The translations under genes were made by a program, and so were the position numbers. A stretch of 63,864 nt of DNA, filler included. It is 8 parts of 8 records of this genome, joined end to end, with 100 filler letters (N's around TTAATTAATTAA, not from the genome) between each part and the next. Parts side by side here need not be neighbours in the genome. Positions count along the whole stretch, not along the records: positions 58,751 to 63,864 come from SRR31156797_42750; 7 more parts are not named here. The stretch is one strand, 5' to 3'. The notes under the pieces were generated by a model. It ran no database searches, was not told where the DNA came from, and saw nothing but the letters and a program-made list of their open reading frames with translations. Positions 58,751 to 63,864 of this stretch are shown piece by piece (the first letter of the stretch is position 1; each line of letters begins with the position of its first letter).

Positions 58751-59610
58751 CCAAACAGCCGTTCCATGAGGTAACCTAAGGATTCCGGCCGCATGTCGTC
58801 CAGGTTCGTTTCAAGAACAACCACCGTATCCGTCCGGTTCCCACGTTCCTCATGACCGATGATGATGCGAAGCAGGTTCGGGCGATCCGGCAATTCCCGT
58901 GAGCCGACCCCGTAACCGACATGTTCAACCACCATGGTCGGCATGGGACCAAAGGCATCCGCCAAACCCGTGGCCAGGGCCGCGCCCGTGGGCGTAACCA
59001 TTTCCTGTTGAACACCCGAATTAAGTACGGGAACCCCTTTTAAAAGCGCCAGAGTGGCCGGCGCGGGGACGGGGATTCTCCCGTGGGCGGTCTTGACAAA
59101 GCCGGATCCCAGGGGCAGGGGGGAAACCACCAGCCGTTCGATCCCCAGGTTTTCAAGGGCATACACCGTGCCCACAATATCGATGATGGAATCAACGGCG
59201 CCCACCTCGTGAAAGTGAACCTGGTCGGGCGGCAGATCATGAATATGCCCTTCGACCCGGGCCAGGGATTCAAAAATAGCCATCGATTTTTTCCTGACGG
59301 AGTCTGTTAAATCGCCCCGGTCCATGACCTCGCCTATGGCTTTCAGACCTCTATTTTTATGGCCGTTTTTTGGGTGTACATGTTTTTTGTGCCCAATTTT
59401 TTTATGATGGGCTTCATCCAGATGAACCACAAAACGCGTGCCTGAGATCTGGTTCCGCGTCTCTCGCTTTAACGCAATTTCGTAGCCGTGAAAAGGGAGG
59501 GTATGAAGGCATTGTTTTAGTTGGTCAAAGGAGAGTCCCGCGTCCAGAAGGGACCCCAGAAACATATCCCCGCTTAAACCGGAGAAGCAATCCAGATAGG
59601 CTGTTTTCAT
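58751..59610 (-). CDS. larC: Nickel-pincer cofactor biosynthesis protein LarC (3' truncated)
   Basis: DCFSGLSGDM, His-rich insert, HFHEVGAVDSI.D, PVPAPAT, TPTGAA and ETNLDD motifs. Confidence 0.92.
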
Positions 59611-59642
59611 AAATCACTCAAAAAGCATAGGGTTAGAACCAC

Positions 59643-59674
59643 AAAAAGCCCTGCCCGGCTGGGCAGGGCTTTTT
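59643..59674. terminator. Rho-independent terminator (symmetric)
   Basis: AAAAAGCCCTGCCC-GGCT-GGGCAGGGCTTTTT, just after the Fe-S gene stop. Confidence 0.85.
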
Positions 59675-59693
59675 GATTGCTAGATACGGGTTT

Positions 59694-60842
59694 TTACAGG
59701 GCCTCGGCAATCAGTTCGGAGACGTCCTTGATCTCGATCTCATCTTCCTTGTTAACGGTCTTTCGGCTGTCTTCCAGCATGGAGATACAGTAGGGGCACG
59801 CCGTGGCCAGGATGGTGGCACCGGTTTCAATGGCTTCGTGTATCCTCAGGTCGGAAAAACGCCATTCCGGCGGAGTTTCCATCCAGAGCCGTCCACCTCC
59901 GGCGCCGCAGCAAAGACTTTTATTCCGGCTCCGTTCCATTTCCACCAGGTTGTCGCCCGTGGCGGCATTGATCAACGCCCGGGGTTCATCATACAGTTCG
60001 CTGTGGCGGCCCAGGTAACAAGGATCGTGGTAGGTGACCTTTTTGTCCAGAGTCTTGGAGAGTTTCACCGTTCCCTTCTCGATTAGTTCCGCCAAAAGCT
60101 GGGTATAATGAACCACCTCAAATTCGCCACCGAACTCCGGATATTCCTGGGTATAGGTATAATAGCAATGGGGCGAAGTGGTGATAATCTTTTTAACCCC
60201 TTTGTCCTGATACAATTTGATGTTCTTCTGCGCCATGTTCATGAAGAGTTCTTCATCGCCGATCTTTCGAACCGATTCCCCACAACAGTTTTCGTCTTCG
60301 CCGATGACACCGAAACTGACGTCGGTAGCTTGAAGAACCTTGACCATGGCTTTGGCGATGTTCTGGCTTCTAGGATCGTAGGCGGAGGTGCAGCAGACGA
60401 ACAAGAGATATTCGGTGTTTTCGTCAAACACCGGTACATCCAGACCTTCCATCCAGGCGGTTCTTTTTTCCCGGGGCTCGGACCAGGGGTTGCCGTTACT
60501 GTGAACGCTTCCCGTGGCGGTTTTCAATACGCCGGGAATGGTGCCTGCCTCGGCCATCATGCCCCTCATGGCCTTGACCACATCGATGATGGTCACACCC
60601 CTGGGGCACTTCAAAACACAGGTATTACAGGTGGTACAACCGTACAAGACGTCATCCGATTCGTACCCTTCAACGCCCAGCTGGGCCATGCGGATCAATT
60701 TTCGGATATTGAAGGGGCCGTCAACAATACGCCAGGGACACGATCCCGCGCACATGCCACACTGCATACAAAGGTTCAGTTTTTCAGCCCCCATGGCCAC
60801 AAGGACTTCATTTACTTCATAAAACGGGGTTAACGCTTCCAT
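59694..60842 (-). CDS. HdrD/GlpC-like Fe-S oxidoreductase with CCG domains
   Basis: Two CxxCxxCxxxCP motifs and two CCG domains (CCGE...SPHC; HDPC...CCGAGGG...CPYC). Confidence 0.9.
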   Translation of the reverse strand: MEALTPFYEVNEVLVAMGAEKLNLCMQCGMCAGSCPWRIVDGPFNIRKLIRMAQLGVEGYESDDVLYGCTTCNTCVLKCPRGVTIIDVVKAMRGMMAEAGTIPGVLKTATGSVHSNGNPWSEPREKRTAWMEGLDVPVFDENTEYLLFVCCTSAYDPRSQNIAKAMVKVLQATDVSFGVIGEDENCCGESVRKIGDEELFMNMAQKNIKLYQDKGVKKIITTSPHCYYTYTQEYPEFGGEFEVVHYTQLLAELIEKGTVKLSKTLDKKVTYHDPCYLGRHSELYDEPRALINAATGDNLVEMERSRNKSLCCGAGGGRLWMETPPEWRFSDLRIHEAIETGATILATACPYCISMLEDSRKTVNKEDEIEIKDVSELIAEAL

Positions 60843-61172
60843 TACTTAAGGTGCTCCTTTCGGTAAAAATTTATAGCATTCAATTCTTCGGAAAGAAAGA
60901 GGTCAAAACAATCGGATTTTTTTAACAAATGCAACTATTGATGTCAACAGGGGAATGAATTCCGCTTAAAATGATAAAATCGCCAGCTTTAAACCACCAC
61001 AATCTGCTGGATATTGACTTTCCCCCTTGTAAAACTTAAATTAGTAAACGTTTGCATAAACAATTCTAAACAGTCCCTTCAAAAGAGGGGTTGCAGCAAT
61101 TTATATGAATTTAAATTATTTTGTGAAGAAAAATTACCCTTCTTAAAATCTTTCCAAAGGAGGAATTTGATA

Positions 61173-63755
61173 ATGAGATTTGATAAATTTACGTTAAAAG
61201 CACAGGAAACCATACAAAATGCACAACAATTGGCCGAACGGTTCGGTCATCAGCAGATGGAACCGGAACATATCGTCAGGGCCATCCTGGACCAGAAAGA
61301 AGGGGTCGTTCCCCCTTTGCTGGGAAAAATCGGCGCAGACCGGAATCAGCTGGCAGGCGCTTTTGAAGCGGCCCTTGAAAAACTGCCAAAAGTATCCGGC
61401 GGAGGTTACGGCCAGGCGTACCTGTCCCAAAGCGCCAAGGCCATGCTGGACCGTGCTTTTGCCGAGGCGGAACAGGTCAAAGATGAGTTTGTGAGCCTTG
61501 AGCATATCCTGATCGCGGCGACCGAAGAGAAACAGGGCGAAGCGGCGCGCCTGCTGGCCGCTTCGGGGGTCACCCGTGATGCCATCCTGAAGGCGCTGGT
61601 GGATATTCGAGGAGGGCAGCGCATCACGGACCAGAACCCTGAAGACAAATACCAGGCCCTTGAACGGTTCTGCACGGACCTGACCGCCATTGCTTCAAAG
61701 GGAAAACTGGACCCGGTCATCGGAAGGGACGGGGAAATTAGAAGGATCGTGCAGGTTTTGAGCCGAAGGACCAAAAACAATCCCGTGCTCATCGGAGAAC
61801 CCGGTGTGGGGAAAACCGCCATTGTGGAAGGGCTTGCCCAGCGCATCATTCAGGGCGATGTCCCTGAAACCCTCAAAGATAAACAGGTAGTGGCCCTTGA
61901 CATGGGGGCACTGATTGCCGGTGCCAAGTACCGGGGGGAGTTCGAGGACCGCCTGAAAGCCGTGCTCAAGGAGGTGACCGATGCCGAGGGGCAGATTGTC
62001 CTTTTCATTGACGAGATGCACACCCTGGTGGGTGCGGGTGCCGCCGAAGGGGCCGTGGATGCCTCCAATATGTTGAAACCGGCCCTGGCGCGCGGGGAAT
62101 TGCGGTGCGTGGGTGCCACCACCATCAAGGAATACCGAAAATACATTGAAAAGGATGCGGCGTTCGAGCGGCGGTTTCAGCCGATCATGGTGGAAGAACC
62201 CACCGTGGAAGATACCATCTCCATCCTCCGGGGGCTGAAAGAAAAATATGAAGTGCACCACGGGGTCCGCATCAAGGATTCGGCCCTGGTGGCTGCGGCA
62301 ACGCTATCCAACCGGTATATCACGGACCGTTTTCTGCCGGATAAAGCCATTGATCTCATAGATGAAGCCACCAGCCGGCTCCGCATTGAGATCGACAGCA
62401 TGCCCGCTGATATCGACAATATGCAGCGAAAGATCACGCAGCTGGAGATCGAAAAAGAGGCGTTAAAAAAGGAGAGGGACAAGGCCTCAAAGGAGCGGCG
62501 CCAGAAGATCAAGGATGAGCTGAAGAGTTTGAAATCCCAGACCGAAGAGATGACCCAACACTGGAAGAAAGAGAAAGAAGCCATCCACAGAATTCAGAGC
62601 ATTAAGGAGCGGATGGAATCGACCAGGTCCGAGGCCCAGATTGCGGAACGGGATGGGGATCTCGCCCGGGCGGCCCAATTGAAATACGGGCAGCAGACCG
62701 AGCTGGAGAAGACCCTGGCGGAAGAAAACAGGAAACTGGAGGAACTCCAGAGCGGGCAGAAAATGCTCAAGGAAGAAGTGGACAGTGAGGATATTGCCGA
62801 GGTGGTGGCGAAATGGACCGGAATCCCCATATCGCGGATGATGGAGGGTGAAAAGGAAAAACTGCTGCAGATGGAGGAGAGGCTTTCAAGGCGGGTGGTG
62901 GGGCAGCAGAAAGCCATCGATGCGGTGGCCAATGCGGTACGCCGTGCCCGTTCCGGGCTTCAGGACCCCAATCGGCCCATCGGATCCTTTATTTTCCTGG
63001 GACCCACCGGCGTGGGCAAAACGGAACTGGCCCGAACCCTGGCACAGTTCCTCTTTGATGACGAGCAGTACATGGTTCGGGTCGACATGTCCGAATACAT
63101 GGAGAAGCACTCGGTGGCAAGGTTGATCGGTGCGCCCCCGGGATATGTGGGCTATGAGGAGGGCGGCTATCTCACCGAGGCCATTCGGCGGCACCCCTAT
63201 TCGGTGGTCCTCTTTGATGAAATTGAAAAAGCCCACCCGGACGTGTTTAACGCCCTGCTTCAGATTTTGGACGACGGCCGCATGACCGACGGCAAAGGGA
63301 GAACGGTGGATTTCAAGAATACCGTGCTGATTATGACCTCCAACGTGGGCAGCCACATCATTCAGGAGATGCAGGGAAAAGATACTGGGGAAATGGAGAA
63401 GCGGGTGATGGAAGTCCTCCGGGCCACCTTCAAACCAGAATTTCTAAACCGCATCGATGAGATCGTCACTTTCAATTCCCTGGGACCCAGTGAGATTAAA
63501 AAAATCGTTGGGATACAGATCGGTTTCCTGGCCAAACGCCTGGAAGACAATAAAATCACCCTGAAGCTGACAGATGCGGCCGAGACTTTCCTGGCCGAGA
63601 CCGGTTTTGATCCTGTTTACGGGGCCCGGCCGCTGAAGCGGGCCATTCAGCATTACATCCAGGATCCGCTGGCCATGAAAATTCTTGAAGGATCGGTGAA
63701 AGAAGGGGACCAGATTAACGTGGATATGAAGGACGGAAAAATCATCTTTTCGTAA
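61173..63755 (+). CDS. clpB: ATP-dependent chaperone ClpB
   Basis: Two AAA+ modules ([16 protein letters not shown]), coiled-coil M domain and [17 protein letters not shown] before MRFDKF. Confidence 0.97.
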   Translation: MRFDKFTLKAQETIQNAQQLAERFGHQQMEPEHIVRAILDQKEGVVPPLLGKIGADRNQLAGAFEAALEKLPKVSGGGYGQAYLSQSAKAMLDRAFAEAEQVKDEFVSLEHILIAATEEKQGEAARLLAASGVTRDAILKALVDIRGGQRITDQNPEDKYQALERFCTDLTAIASKGKLDPVIGRDGEIRRIVQVLSRRTKNNPVLIGEPGVGKTAIVEGLAQRIIQGDVPETLKDKQVVALDMGALIAGAKYRGEFEDRLKAVLKEVTDAEGQIVLFIDEMHTLVGAGAAEGAVDASNMLKPALARGELRCVGATTIKEYRKYIEKDAAFERRFQPIMVEEPTVEDTISILRGLKEKYEVHHGVRIKDSALVAAATLSNRYITDRFLPDKAIDLIDEATSRLRIEIDSMPADIDNMQRKITQLEIEKEALKKERDKASKERRQKIKDELKSLKSQTEEMTQHWKKEKEAIHRIQSIKERMESTRSEAQIAERDGDLARAAQLKYGQQTELEKTLAEENRKLEELQSGQKMLKEEVDSEDIAEVVAKWTGIPISRMMEGEKEKLLQMEERLSRRVVGQQKAIDAVANAVRRARSGLQDPNRPIGSFIFLGPTGVGKTELARTLAQFLFDDEQYMVRVDMSEYMEKHSVARLIGAPPGYVGYEEGGYLTEAIRRHPYSVVLFDEIEKAHPDVFNALLQILDDGRMTDGKGRTVDFKNTVLIMTSNVGSHIIQEMQGKDTGEMEKRVMEVLRATFKPEFLNRIDEIVTFNSLGPSEIKKIVGIQIGFLAKRLEDNKITLKLTDAAETFLAETGFDPVYGARPLKRAIQHYIQDPLAMKILEGSVKEGDQINVDMKDGKIIFS

Positions 63756-63864
63756 AAATAAAACTGCCCATTGCCTCTTTTAAGGCAATGGGCAGAAATC
63801 CCCTTCTGAATACGACGGGAAGTTTTTTGGTGCCATGACCACCCCCTGTCCAAAACTTCCCAAA

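Noticed and set aside
60843-61172. CIRCE element or N-terminal extension upstream of clpB
   Set aside because: No TTAGCACTC-N9-GAGTGCTAA is present, and the strong RBS supports the start at 61173.

Overview
This window is not one locus. It holds eight unrelated contigs joined by 100-nt N spacers containing TTAATTAATTAA, so no gene linkage should be read across the spacers. Taxonomic labels below are inferred from gene content and composition. (1) 1-5700: a cobalamin-riboswitch-controlled DUF3450/ExbB/ExbB/ExbD/TonB/TPR operon. (2) 5801-12384, Desulfovibrionaceae-like: GT4, GT2, moaE, a large TPR membrane protein and a lysozyme-like protein with a sigma54 site. (3) 12485-20601, AT-rich defence/mobile DNA: a small wHTH gene, a BsuBI/PstI-type R-M pair, an OLD-like ATPase-TOPRIM nuclease and two divergent, unusually small DNA methyltransferases (m5C and m6A). 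(4) 20702-26946, alphaproteobacterial: deoC-deoA-deoB, a TPP enzyme, DctP and a hybrid kinase. (5) 27047-42069, alphaproteobacterial: cimA, TrmJ-family gene, dsbB, DedA/YqaA, tRNA-Leu(CAA), an RND pump, adenosine deaminase and a polar amino-acid ABC transporter. (6) TamA/TamB and a metallophosphoesterase. (7) A glycerol-type ABC transporter, YajD, yedF and a selenocysteine-containing selD. (8) larC, a CCG Fe-S protein and clpB. The most striking unexplained signal lies between the two minimal methyltransferases in contig 3. It is an array of eight YGTGAC anchors at an exact 23-bp period (18831-18996). All seven spacers differ, each carries a restriction-site-like palindrome, and each has a C exactly 5 nt after the anchor. 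A second repeat family (YACCACCA-N4-TGGTG) lies beside the adenine methyltransferase. Together these suggest a possibly undescribed methyltransferase-plus-site-array system.
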